The notes: generated by a model from the letters alone, not told the origin. Counted from the first letter of the stretch, positions 1 through 9,435 are shown. The stretch: DNA of 49,189 nucleotides from Microcoleaceae cyanobacterium (GCA_051652765.1 JBOFUV010000082.1:1-49189); one strand, 5' to 3'. Numbers and translations: made by a program.

Positions 1-302
1 AGGTTTTGCGAGCCTCATCCAATGAGGTCAGGTTGAGCAATTCCTGGTTTCAGTCCCGAACACGGGATTTAAGGTTTTGCGAGAATGGGCAAGCCTCAGG
101 ATTTATTGTTTCAATTGAAGTTTCAGTCCCGAACACGGGATTTAAGGTTTTGCGAGTGATTGAGGGCATTGGCTAATCCTGCTTCTGCATTGATGTTTCA
201 GTCCCGAACACGGGATTTAAGGTTTTGCGAGTCAAGTTCTCCCCTTTGCAACCTTCTGTTCGATGGTTTCAGTCCCGAACACGGGATTTAAGGTTTTGCG
301 AG
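1..302 (-). CRISPR. CRISPR array, leader-proximal end (runs off the window start); 37-bp repeat CTCGCAAAACCTTAAATCCCGTGTTCGGGACTGAAAC, type I-D-like
   Basis: Identical repeats at 47-83, 120-156, 195-231, 266-302 plus a partial one at 1-12; unique spacers of 34, 36, 38 and 34 bp; TCCCG/CGGGA hairpin and GAAAC 3' end on the minus strand, as in cyanobacterial I-D repeats. Confidence 0.97.
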
Positions 303-520
303 TCCGCCGCCCACAACCCTGAATATAGCATAGTTCTGAGGGTGATTTTCGTGAACCTCTTTTGAAGACTCAAAATCAGCCTCAAAAATCCCCTCTCAAC
401 TACAAATTTCCGAAACTGATAATTCGGAAACCATTCAGTTGTCAAGGTTCTAGCAATTTTCGTCAACCCCCCAGGGTTTTCGACCCCGCTTCGGTTCACG
501 AAAAATCTTCACTAAACCAA
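303..520 (-). promoter_or_regulatory. CRISPR leader
   Basis: Non-coding, abuts the last repeat; TTTTCGTGAACC (346-357), its exact inverted copy (493-504) and a direct variant (457-468), typical of cyanobacterial leaders. Confidence 0.8.
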
Positions 521-558
521 GTATAACCCAAGCACCCCACCAACACCCGAAAAACCAA

Positions 559-3500
559 TCAAGATCCAGGCAACTCCAAAAGTAGCGGCTTCACCGCATC
601 ACTAATCAGATCCAAGCGCAACTGATCCACCAAAGCCGTCAAAGCCTCAGAGAGTGCCTGTTGAGACCCAGGAATCTCCTCAATCAACGCGATCGCCCAC
701 ACATCATCCCCACTCACCGCCGCCTGATAAAACCGTTGCAACCACTCCAACGGCATCCCCCGCAAATCTTCTGAAGTCAGCACTGGTAGCGACCGTACAA
801 CCTGATCAGACGGAAGAGCCCCATAAAGAAAAATCACCCCCAGATGACGAGCAATTTTATCAAACAACTCCGCCTCCTGAAACGGCTTATACAGCACATC
901 ATCACACCCCGCTGCCAATATCTTTTGCCTCTCCTCCCGCAGAGCACTCGCCGTCACCGCAATCACAACCGGAGCCTTAAGTTGAAACCGGGCCTTAATC
1001 AGGCGCGTCGCCTCATAACCATCCATCGTCGGCATTCGTAAATCCATCAGAATCAGATCAGGCACTCGGCGATCGCACTCCCTCAGAGCCGCCAACCCAT
1101 CCTCCACCTCCAGCACCTCAAACCCCAGAGGTTCCAGCAACCGAGTCAAAAGCAGACGATTTTCCGGCACCTCATCCACCGCCAAAATCCGATACCGAGG
1201 TTGACCCGGAGCCAATCCCATCACCCGTTCCGACGAGTCCCCAACCATCGCCTCCGAAGTCACCAACCGAGGCACAATCTCAAACCGAAACACACTGCCC
1301 AGTCCCAAAGTACTCGTCACCGTCAAATCTCCCCCCATCATCCGAACAAACTTGCGGCTAATCGTCAAGCCCAAACCCGTTCCCTGTTGAGCCATTTGAC
1401 CCCCCTCAGTCTGAACAAACGCCCGAAAAATATTCTCCAGATCCGCCGGAGCAATCCCTAACCCCGTATCAGCCACCTGAAATAAAATAGACACATCTGG
1501 GGAAGACTGAGTCAACCCTGAAACGTGCAACGTGACCTCACCTGTTTCAGTAAACTTGATGGCATTTCCCAACAAATTGATTAAAATCTGACGGAGCTTC
1601 TTTTCATCCGTCTCAATATATTGAGGCACAGATTCAGACCGTTGAAATCGCAAATTCAGACCCTTAGAACTCGCCCGCAGTTTCAGCATCTGCTCCAACG
1701 TATCCAGCAAACCATAAAGATCAAACGGATGCAGATTCAGAGTCGTCTTTCCCGCTTCAATCTTGGACAAATCCAAAACATCATTAATCAAATCCAATAA
1801 ATGTTCACCACTCCGGTTAATAATCGCCAACTCCTTGACCCCAGACGCAAACGCCGGATTGCGCGCCATCAGTTGACTAAAGCCCAGAATCGCATTCAGG
1901 GGAGTTCGGAGTTCGTGACTCATATTAGCCAGAAACAGACTCTTAGCTTGGCTCGCCGCTTCTGCCGCTTCTCTAGCTATTTGTAGCTCTAAATTTTGGG
2001 CAGCAAGTTGACAACGACGCTGTTTTTCCTGCTCTAAAAGATGAGCTTGAGCCAGAGCAATCCCAACTTGAGCCGCAACCGATTCCAACAACGTAATCTC
2101 ATCGATTGTCCAAGATCGAACGTGATCACACTGAGCCAAATTAATCACCCCGTTGATTTGGTTTTGATAAGACGTTCGGACAATCAACACGGACTGATCA
2201 TGCATCTGCTGACAAAATTTTCGTAAACCCGGATCAACAGAGTCTTGATCAAGCGAGTGAATTGCCAAAGCCTGATCCTGGGACAACAACACCTGAATCT
2301 GACCGAGAGATTGAAGCTGGCTAAACACCTTGGGGTCAACCTGCAGCGCAGACGGATAACTAGGTTCCAAATACTCAGCCACGGGACAGAACCCGCCCTG
2401 GGACTCGGCTGTATAGTTGAACAGCGTACAGCGATTCGCTAAGAACGTTTGACCGATCAAGTTGACCGTCGTTTGAAAGATTTTTGTCGAGTCTAAACTC
2501 GAGCGAATTTCCTCCGCAATCTTCATCAGCAATAGTTCTCGATCAACCTGTTGTTGCAGGGCCCGTTCAACTTTCTGGCGCTGAGCAATATCCGCTTCCA
2601 GTTCTTGGGTTCGATCTGCAACTTTTTGCTCCAAAGTGTGAGAATAGTCTTGGAGTTGTTGATAGGATTGCCTCAAACTTCGACTCATCTGATTGAACGT
2701 GCTGGAAAGAACATTTAGTTCTTGAATGCGACTCCCGCCCACGGTTTGATTCCAGTCTCCTGTGGATAACGTGGTCGCCGCCTGACTCAGTTGAATCACG
2801 GGTCGAGCTAGACGGCGACTGGTCAAAATCCCTAGGGCAACCGCCAATCCTAAAGCCCCTAAACAGAGCAGAAATGTGGTCTGGTTTTGCTGGTTAATCT
2901 GTCCCATAAAGTCCGCTTCTGGAACTGCCAAAACAATCAGCCAATCTAGGCCCGACTCATTTTGGTAAGGGGTGACCTGTAGAAAAACATCCTGCCCATC
3001 TAGCTTGAATTTCAATCGCTGCAACTGTTGAATCTGACTTGGGCTTTGAAAGGTTTCATTCAAGGCTTGGGCTGCTGCCTGAGTCAATTGATCTTGACTG
3101 GCAATGGCCTGTGTTCTAATCAATTGATTGTTAGCAATTTCAAACAGGTTTTCAGCCGTTGAAGAGGCCACCAATTCCCCCGATCGCTCAATAATAAACA
3201 TCCGTCCATGCTGCCCCAGCTTTTGTTGATCCAGAAACTGATTCAGCTCCTCAAAGCTCAAATCTGCGCCTATCACCCCCACCACTTTTCCTGGAGCTGT
3301 TAGGATGGGGCGGACAAAGGTCAAACTCAGATCATCTTGATCAACCCAGGAATAAATCTCTGTCCAGCGGGGCTTTTGGTTCGCAATTGCAGCCTGATAC
3401 CAGGGTCGTTGTCTCGGGTCATATTGATTTCCGATGACATTTAGCAACTGAGTCCGGTTCCCTTGGTCATCCAGTCCATAGATCAGAATTTTACCTTGAG

Positions 3501-3945
3501 TTGTTTTATCTTCAAAAGCTACCGTTAGTGCCTGATCTGCGCCCCGACGCACGGCTATGAAATCCCCCGTTTCAGTACCAAATTGAATCAAGCTGACGGT
3601 CTTTTGGATGGAGACCTGTTGCCATCCTCGCCGTTGTAGAGCACCTAGGTTGTTGAGATCCAAATCTCTCATTTGCACTGCTTTTTCACTTAATCCGGTC
3701 ACAATTTGGGCAGTGCTCAGAAATGCATCCAGTTTTTGTTCAATCCGATCGTTGACTTCGTCTTGGAGTTGAATCACCAGTTGGTTCACCGCCGCTTCCC
3801 CATTTCGCCAGGAAAGATAGCCTGTTAACCCCACAACTCCTACCATTTGCAAGACAAAAGGGACGGTTAAAAGCATCCGAATAGAGATAGGACAAAAGAG
3901 TTGGGTAAGCCAGTGATTCAGTGAAGACACAACTCGGTTAGCCAT
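559..3945 (-). CDS. Hybrid sensor histidine kinase (TM-dCache-TM-HAMP-GAF-HisKA-HATPase-REC)
   Basis: YDPRQRPWY Cache motif, FLANMSHELRTPLNAILGFS H-box, NLLGNAIKF, DTGLGI, GTGLGL, receiver DLILMD and KP. Confidence 0.95.
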   Translation of the reverse strand: MANRVVSSLNHWLTQLFCPISIRMLLTVPFVLQMVGVVGLTGYLSWRNGEAAVNQLVIQLQDEVNDRIEQKLDAFLSTAQIVTGLSEKAVQMRDLDLNNLGALQRRGWQQVSIQKTVSLIQFGTETGDFIAVRRGADQALTVAFEDKTTQGKILIYGLDDQGNRTQLLNVIGNQYDPRQRPWYQAAIANQKPRWTEIYSWVDQDDLSLTFVRPILTAPGKVVGVIGADLSFEELNQFLDQQKLGQHGRMFIIERSGELVASSTAENLFEIANNQLIRTQAIASQDQLTQAAAQALNETFQSPSQIQQLQRLKFKLDGQDVFLQVTPYQNESGLDWLIVLAVPEADFMGQINQQNQTTFLLCLGALGLAVALGILTSRRLARPVIQLSQAATTLSTGDWNQTVGGSRIQELNVLSSTFNQMSRSLRQSYQQLQDYSHTLEQKVADRTQELEADIAQRQKVERALQQQVDRELLLMKIAEEIRSSLDSTKIFQTTVNLIGQTFLANRCTLFNYTAESQGGFCPVAEYLEPSYPSALQVDPKVFSQLQSLGQIQVLLSQDQALAIHSLDQDSVDPGLRKFCQQMHDQSVLIVRTSYQNQINGVINLAQCDHVRSWTIDEITLLESVAAQVGIALAQAHLLEQEKQRRCQLAAQNLELQIAREAAEAASQAKSLFLANMSHELRTPLNAILGFSQLMARNPAFASGVKELAIINRSGEHLLDLINDVLDLSKIEAGKTTLNLHPFDLYGLLDTLEQMLKLRASSKGLNLRFQRSESVPQYIETDEKKLRQILINLLGNAIKFTETGEVTLHVSGLTQSSPDVSILFQVADTGLGIAPADLENIFRAFVQTEGGQMAQQGTGLGLTISRKFVRMMGGDLTVTSTLGLGSVFRFEIVPRLVTSEAMVGDSSERVMGLAPGQPRYRILAVDEVPENRLLLTRLLEPLGFEVLEVEDGLAALRECDRRVPDLILMDLRMPTMDGYEATRLIKARFQLKAPVVIAVTASALREERQKILAAGCDDVLYKPFQEAELFDKIARHLGVIFLYGALPSDQVVRSLPVLTSEDLRGMPLEWLQRFYQAAVSGDDVWAIALIEEIPGSQQALSEALTALVDQLRLDLISDAVKPLLLELPGS

Positions 3946-4008
3946 CAGAGGAGGAAATTATGAGGGAAACTATAAAATTGATCGGTAGAACAGAAGTTAC
4001 AGCAGTTG

Positions 4009-4104
4009 TCAAACCAAGTTTCAAACCAAGTTTCAAACCAGTTTTCAAACCAAGTTTCAAACCAATTTTTGAATCGGTTTTCAAACCAATTTTCAAACCA
4101 GTGA
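4009..4104. repeat. 12-bp tandem repeat (TCAAACCAAGTT-like) x8
   Basis: Units start at 4009, 4021, 4033, 4045, 4057, 4069 (degenerate), 4081, 4093. Confidence 0.9.
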
Positions 4105-4285
4105 GGGACATCTCAGCCACTCAAGTCCCCCTTTCTTAGACGCGAAGCGGCTTCTCGCTAGAACAGGAAGATTTCGGGCGATCGCCCTGCATCACATCTC
4201 AACAAAAACGGCTGTAATTGCAGTATACTGCTACTTTTAAAGGTTCTTAAAGAAAAAATTAACTTGGTTAGGAAATTCCTAGGTC

Positions 4286-5416
4286 TTGCTTGTGGATGAA
4301 CTTGAGCAACATTATAAAGTTTTAAATCTTCAGCCAGGGGCATCTTTGCAGGAAATCAAGCAAGCGTATCGCCATCTAGCACTCCGGTGGCATCCGGATC
4401 GTTACCCCCATGACACCCTTTCCCAGATCAAAGCAGAGCAGAAGTTCAAGGAAATTAATCAAGCTTACAATCGACTCAGGTTTATTCTGACCCAACCTCA
4501 ATCCGTCAGGACTCAGTCTCATCCATCAGCTTCACCGCCGACTTCACCGCGATCGCAATCAAGTCAACAAGCCGATGTCAATCAAAGACGGCCTGCTCCC
4601 TCCCCACCTCCTGCCAGCTCAAAGGCTGTTTTCTGGATCAATCGGCTTCCTTGGGGTTGGTTATTGGGAACTTTTTTAGGGTATGTTCTGCTTGGAGGGA
4701 TTTTAGATTATCTAAAGTTACCCGATTGGGCCTGGACATTGACCTGGATCATCTGGTTTATACTCGCTCTGATGATCACGAGTGGTTCAGAGTCACAACG
4801 CTTGTGGTTAGTCATTTTGATATTTGCTGGAGGGGCAGCGGGCTGGATTGCTGGGTATCCGCTGTTTGAGCCTAGGGGACTGATTACGAGCTTCACTTGG
4901 GCAGTCGTTGGTGCTCTTCTTGGCGCTGTAGCAGGTTCAGATGCTTCTCCTTGGGCATTGATCTGGGTTGTAACCTTATCTGGAGTTTTGGCAATTACTG
5001 GGTTTGTTGCTGGCACTGGACTCGATACTTGGGGACATGCCTTCCTCGGAGGGGTTCTGGGGGCTATTGTTGGGATTTTGCTAGGAGTAACCTCAGATGC
5101 CCTATTTAAGTCCCGGAGTCAGATTGGAGCCGGTCAAGCGTTTGGGTTTTGGTTTGGAGCCTGGTTGGGTGCGTGGATTGGAGGAGGTTCCCAGGACATC
5201 ATTCAGAATATTCAAGATGTAGATCCGGATACCATTTTTTTGGGGGCTTGGGGGGCGATCGCAGTGATTTCTGGAGTCGTGACTGAGATGGTCGCCGGGG
5301 AAAAACTAACAGAATTCTTCGACGAGCCTTACATGTTCTTGATTCTGATCATTGTTACAGGGTTGGGGTTAAGGTTGGGGCCTTGGTTTTGGATGGTTGG
5401 GGATCAGCTTTTATAG
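4286..5416 (+). CDS. J-domain (DnaJ-type) membrane protein with Gly-rich multi-TM C-terminus; start may be GTG 4292
   Basis: YKVLNL..EIKQAYRHLALRWHPDR..KFKEINQAY, Pro/Ser linker, many hydrophobic helices. Confidence 0.85.
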   Translation: MLVDELEQHYKVLNLQPGASLQEIKQAYRHLALRWHPDRYPHDTLSQIKAEQKFKEINQAYNRLRFILTQPQSVRTQSHPSASPPTSPRSQSSQQADVNQRRPAPSPPPASSKAVFWINRLPWGWLLGTFLGYVLLGGILDYLKLPDWAWTLTWIIWFILALMITSGSESQRLWLVILIFAGGAAGWIAGYPLFEPRGLITSFTWAVVGALLGAVAGSDASPWALIWVVTLSGVLAITGFVAGTGLDTWGHAFLGGVLGAIVGILLGVTSDALFKSRSQIGAGQAFGFWFGAWLGAWIGGGSQDIIQNIQDVDPDTIFLGAWGAIAVISGVVTEMVAGEKLTEFFDEPYMFLILIIVTGLGLRLGPWFWMVGDQLL

Positions 5417-5630
5417 CAAGATCAAGAACTTTCCGGCACAGTCAAGCGTCAAAACCATAGAGCAGCTTCAAGAAGGGTTTGAAAATATTGGATCAGTATC
5501 AGTCAGTTCTCGGGTAGCTTCTTCAGTCAAGCGTCATGGGTATCTCATATTTCAGTAGGATAGAATCTGGACAGATTTAGTTTTGATCTCGAAAACTGGA
5601 CTGAGTATTAGACTTAGTATTGGACTTAAT

Positions 5631-5780
5631 GTAGCAATCCTAGATTAGCTTCAAAAAAATCAGAGCAGGGTTGAGGGATACAGTCCCCAATCGGGGGTAA
5701 CGCCCCTTCGTCCCACTTCAAACATTATTTGAAACATTATTTTAAAGATTCGTTTCAAGGATCATTTGAGCTTACGATAT
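5631..5780. mobile_element. Degenerate MITE-like intergenic element
   Basis: Starts TAGCAATCCTAGAT, resembling the TIR of the 30747-30857 element; internal GC hairpins. Confidence 0.4.
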
Positions 5781-5858
5781 GAGTATTTTTAAAAAGAGAT
5801 TGTTTGCAGAAGATGTACTCAGATACTCCGAGGAGTTTCCAACTTAAAGGGGAAAGTT

Positions 5859-7193
5859 ATGGAACTAGATCTACGCCGATTTTTTCGAGCCGCCAACCCG
5901 GCTAAAACATTAAATATTAGCAATCCGGAAGACTCTGCCTATTACATTAATTTTTCTGAGGTCAGGGGTGGCAAACTGATTGAACAGATTGCCCGGACGA
6001 TTACTCGTCTGTCACCAGATAGCCCTACTTGCCAACTGTTTACTGGGCATATTGGCTCAGGAAAATCAACAGAATTATTGCGTCTTAAAGCTTTACTAGA
6101 GGCAGAGGCATTTCATGTCATTTACTTTGAGTCAAGTAAAGATTTGGATATGGCAGATGTCGATATTACTGATATTTTATTGGCCATTACTCGCCAAGTC
6201 AGTGAGAGTATTGAACAACTCAATATTCAGCTCCAGCCCGTTATATTTAAAACCCTATTACAGGGGATTTCAGATGTTTTCAATACTCAAATTGATTTTC
6301 AGGGAGAGCTGTCAACTATAGTTTCCAGTTCCTTACCGGGACACCAATTTTCTTTGGCCAAAGGGATTGGGATAGTTACGGCAAAAACTAAAGATAGTCG
6401 AGAGTTGCGATCGCTCATGCGCCAATATTTAGGCCCTCGCACCAACAACATTTTAGAGGCGATTAATCAGGAACTGTTAGAGCCGACGATTCAACAGCTC
6501 AAACAACGAGGACAAGAAGGATTAGTTGTAATTATTGATAATCTAGATCGGATTATGAATTCTATCACTGCGACGGGCAGACCTCAGCCTGAATACCTGT
6601 TTATTGATCGGGGGGATCAACTCAATAAATTGAAGTGTCATGTGATTTATACCATTCCCTTGGGTCTAATTTTTTCTATGGATCTTGGGCGGTTGGTGGC
6701 CCGATTTGGTAGTGATCCAAAAGCTTTACCGATGGTTCCTGTGAAATTTCCGGATGGCAAACCTTGTGAGGCAGGCATTGACCATCTGCGGCGATTGGTC
6801 ATGGTGAGAGCGTTTCCCAACCAAGAAGATAAGGCTCTGATCCCTCGAATTTTTGATTCCCCAGAGACTTTAGATCGTCTGTGTACAGTGAGCGGAGGAC
6901 ATATTCGGAGTCTATTAGTTTTGCTCTATAGTTGTTTGCAAAAAGAAGATCCACCTCTGTCAAAGGAGAGTTTAGAGGATGTGATTTTGCAGCGTCGCCA
7001 TCAACTTTTATTGGCGATTGAGGCTCAAGAATGGCAAATGCTGCGTCACGTTGGCAAAACCAAAAAACTCACGGGCTTAACGGATTATCAAATTCTCTTG
7101 CGAAGTCTGTGGGTATTTGAGTATCACTATCAAAAGGAATACTGGTTTGATGTCAATCCAATTTTAGCGGAAGCTCCAGAGTTTTATAGTTAA
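5859..7193 (+). CDS. P-loop NTPase (AAA/KAP/STAND-like ATP-binding protein)
   Basis: Walker A GHIGSGKST, Walker B VVIIDNLDR, SGGHIR motif, C-terminal WFDVNPIL typical of this cyanobacterial family. Confidence 0.85.
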   Translation: MELDLRRFFRAANPAKTLNISNPEDSAYYINFSEVRGGKLIEQIARTITRLSPDSPTCQLFTGHIGSGKSTELLRLKALLEAEAFHVIYFESSKDLDMADVDITDILLAITRQVSESIEQLNIQLQPVIFKTLLQGISDVFNTQIDFQGELSTIVSSSLPGHQFSLAKGIGIVTAKTKDSRELRSLMRQYLGPRTNNILEAINQELLEPTIQQLKQRGQEGLVVIIDNLDRIMNSITATGRPQPEYLFIDRGDQLNKLKCHVIYTIPLGLIFSMDLGRLVARFGSDPKALPMVPVKFPDGKPCEAGIDHLRRLVMVRAFPNQEDKALIPRIFDSPETLDRLCTVSGGHIRSLLVLLYSCLQKEDPPLSKESLEDVILQRRHQLLLAIEAQEWQMLRHVGKTKKLTGLTDYQILLRSLWVFEYHYQKEYWFDVNPILAEAPEFYS

Positions 7194-7223
7194 AAAACCA
7201 TTATTAAAGAGCCGTTAAAGAGC

Positions 7224-8108
7224 ATGATTAAAGGTACAACAAAGCTATTAGGAGTGATTGGTGATCCCATTCGACATTCCCTGTCTCCGGTGATGCACAA
7301 CGCTGCGATCGCCCATCTCGGAGTCGATTATGTCTATCTGCCGTTTCCAGTCAAAGCTCAGGATTTAAAACTCGTTCTGGATGGATTTGCTGCGATTGGC
7401 TTGGTTGGTTTCAACGTTACCATTCCCCACAAACAAGCCATTTTTCCTTTTCTGACCGAAGTTTCAGAACTGGCTCAGGCAGTGGGAGCGGTCAATACCG
7501 TGTGGCGGACAGAACAGGGGTGGGCAGGAACAAACACAGATGTTGACGGATTTCTCGCACCGCTGCGGCAGTTGGATCAGGAATCATGGCAGCAAAAATG
7601 TGCGGTCATTCTAGGCACTGGTGGTGCGGCACGGGCTGTGGTGGCAGGATGTGCGGCCTTAGGCTTAGGTCAGGTTCATGTGGTAGGGCGCAATTTAGAA
7701 AAATTAACCGCCTTTCAACACAGTTGGCAGCACAGTTGGCAACACTCTTCGGGGTTCGTCATTCCTCAGGTTCACCCTTGGGAAACCCTACCTGACTGGG
7801 TGGCTCAAGCAGATTTACTGGTGAATACTACCCCCGTGGGGATGGCTCCTGATCTTGAGCAATCCCCGGTTGAGCCAACAGTGATGCAGAATTTCAAGCC
7901 TGGGGCGATCGCCTATGATCTAATCTATACCCCTAATCCAACTCAGTTTCTAAAACTAGCTCAAGCTCAGGGTTCAACGACTATTAATGGTTTAGAAATG
8001 TTGGTACAGCAGGGAGCACAGGCTTTGGAAATCTGGCTCAATCAACCTGCTCCAGTCGAGATTATGACCCATGCTCTCAGGAGTTGGGGAGTTGGAAGTC
8101 GGGAGTGA
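7224..8108 (+). CDS. aroE: Shikimate dehydrogenase
   Basis: GDPIRHSLSPVMHN, NVTIPHK, GAVNT, NTDVDGF, GTGGAAR, DLIYTP, GLEMLVQQG. Confidence 0.97.
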   Translation: MIKGTTKLLGVIGDPIRHSLSPVMHNAAIAHLGVDYVYLPFPVKAQDLKLVLDGFAAIGLVGFNVTIPHKQAIFPFLTEVSELAQAVGAVNTVWRTEQGWAGTNTDVDGFLAPLRQLDQESWQQKCAVILGTGGAARAVVAGCAALGLGQVHVVGRNLEKLTAFQHSWQHSWQHSSGFVIPQVHPWETLPDWVAQADLLVNTTPVGMAPDLEQSPVEPTVMQNFKPGAIAYDLIYTPNPTQFLKLAQAQGSTTINGLEMLVQQGAQALEIWLNQPAPVEIMTHALRSWGVGSRE

Positions 8109-8159
8109 GGGGTTGGAAATGAGAGCAAACGCTAAGGGGAGGGGAATTGAGGCAAATTT

Positions 8160-8261
8160 GGCGTTGCTTAATGAAGGAATGAACAACAATTTTGGATGCT
8201 TACTCGATAGGCGTTTCGCACAACGCTCCGCCTGAATTCATGCTCAGAATCAGCAATGCCT
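8160..8261. mobile_element. MITE-like remnants at the left edge of the integron array
   Basis: GGCGTTGCTTAATGAAGGAATGAA (8160-8183) and AGGCGTT...CAGCAATGCCT (8209-8261) resemble the ends of cyanobacterial miniature inverted-repeat elements. Confidence 0.45.
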
Positions 8262-8356
8262 CTCTGTCCACTTCAGGCTTTACAAGTTCATGTATTTACC
8301 TTACCTTGAACACCAACAAATTAACTTCTGGCTGCGCCCCCACCAAGAGATGAGCA

Positions 8357-8442
8357 GCCCAACGGTGAAGTGCAGCGGCGGTAGATAACCTCGAACTAAG
8401 CACAAGCGGCTTTCGACCGTCCGCTGCCACACAGTGTTAGGT
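8357..8442 (-). mobile_element. Integron attC site (end of cassette 3)
   Basis: Minus strand ACCTAAC-actgtgtggcagcggacgg...ccgccgctgcacttcacc-GTTGGGC; 86-bp imperfect palindrome with extrahelical bases. Confidence 0.88.
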
Positions 8443-8464
8443 GGCTGGCAAGAGCGCAACCAAC

Positions 8465-8893
8465 CTATCCCGAAACAGGAGCTTTGGGACTAACTGCAAA
8501 CTCTAGCTGTGAACGGTAGAAGCAGACATCAAACTCCATAAAGAAGTTCACCTGCCCCAAGATAAGCGGCACATTGATAGCCTTTGTCCAGGCAAATACC
8601 ATTTGCACAGGCTCAAACTGCCCAACAACCGCTTGAGCAAGCACGACACGCGCCTCATATTGAGCCAAATTTCCTGTCAAACTCAGTGCTGTTGTTTGCC
8701 GATCCCATTCGTACCCAAGTTCAACTCCTGTCGAATATGGCAGTACATTGACACTTGCTCCAGTATCCAACAAAGCTGATGATGTGACGGAAACTTGCTG
8801 GTGAACCAAGGCAAATGGCAAGTACGGGCGAAAACTGGCTTCGCCTAATGCCGTATCACTAGAGACAAATGGATATCGTTCAGCATTACGCAT
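8465..8893 (-). CDS. Retropepsin-like aspartyl protease (integron cassette gene)
   Basis: ALLDTGAS catalytic motif and LILGQVNF; stop codon lies 22 bp before the attC. Confidence 0.8.
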   Translation of the reverse strand: MRNAERYPFVSSDTALGEASFRPYLPFALVHQQVSVTSSALLDTGASVNVLPYSTGVELGYEWDRQTTALSLTGNLAQYEARVVLAQAVVGQFEPVQMVFAWTKAINVPLILGQVNFFMEFDVCFYRSQLEFAVSPKAPVSG

Positions 8894-9119
8894 GGTCTTG
8901 AGCCTTGGCAGTCTGTAGAACTTTCAACATCGTATCCGCAGCCTCAACTGCATCATAGGGCGACCATACTGGATATGACTGGTTAGGTTTAATTAGATCT
9001 GTTTCCTGCTGGGCTAGTTCCGAGATCAGAATCTGCATAATATAAAACTTGTCTGAACGGCTCAGTTCTCTCAATGTCGAGATTAATTCTAAGGAAACCA
9101 TTTCAAGCACTCCGGTCAA
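8886..9119 (-). CDS. Small hypothetical protein, translationally coupled to the protease (probable start ATG 9101)
   Basis: Helical ~70-aa ORF; its stop overlaps the protease start by 8 bp. Confidence 0.75.
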   Translation of the reverse strand: MTGVLEMVSLELISTLRELSRSDKFYIMQILISELAQQETDLIKPNQSYPVWSPYDAVEAADTMLKVLQTAKAQDHA

Positions 9120-9346
9120 GCCAAGTTTATTTTCCCATTTTAATCGCCCAGTCCACCGCCGTGAAATGCTAGATTACTAGCGCTCAAAAGTTTGTTTAAA
9201 GATTGACAACCCTCAAGGGCAGAATTTCGTCAATACTAGCAAATCAGAACCTTCAGCTGCTGCACCCTTTGCAACTGCTAAACGTAGTTCCGTCTTATCG
9301 TCCCCACCAGTAACCCTAAAGTACTGCCCCAAGCGAGGACTAAGCC

Positions 9347-9435
9347 ACCTAACGGTTGAACTCACCCGCCGCCAACAGCTTCAGAATTAATCCAGTAATG
9401 CTATTGCAGGTCGCGGGTGCAGTGATTTGTTAGCT
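9347..9435 (-). mobile_element. Integron attC site (end of cassette 2)
   Basis: Minus strand AGCTAAC-aaatcactgcacccgcgacc...ggcggcgggtgagttcaacc-GTTAGGT; 89 bp. Confidence 0.9.

Noticed and set aside
269..499. 76-aa ORF on the minus strand
   Set aside because: Overlaps the CRISPR leader and first repeat; spurious
559..1450. Strong G/T skew in the 3' part of the kinase gene
   Set aside because: Reading frame and domains are continuous; no boundary or mobility signature seen
654..2696. Plus-strand ORFs antisense to the kinase, and similar shadow ORFs within carB, ahcY, lpxB and the adhesin
   Set aside because: Antisense or alternative-frame by-products of long genes, with no recognisable motifs
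5680..5706. CAGTCCCCAATCGGGG resembling the CRISPR repeat hairpin
   Set aside because: Single copy, lacks GTTT and the rest of the repeat; lies inside a MITE-like element
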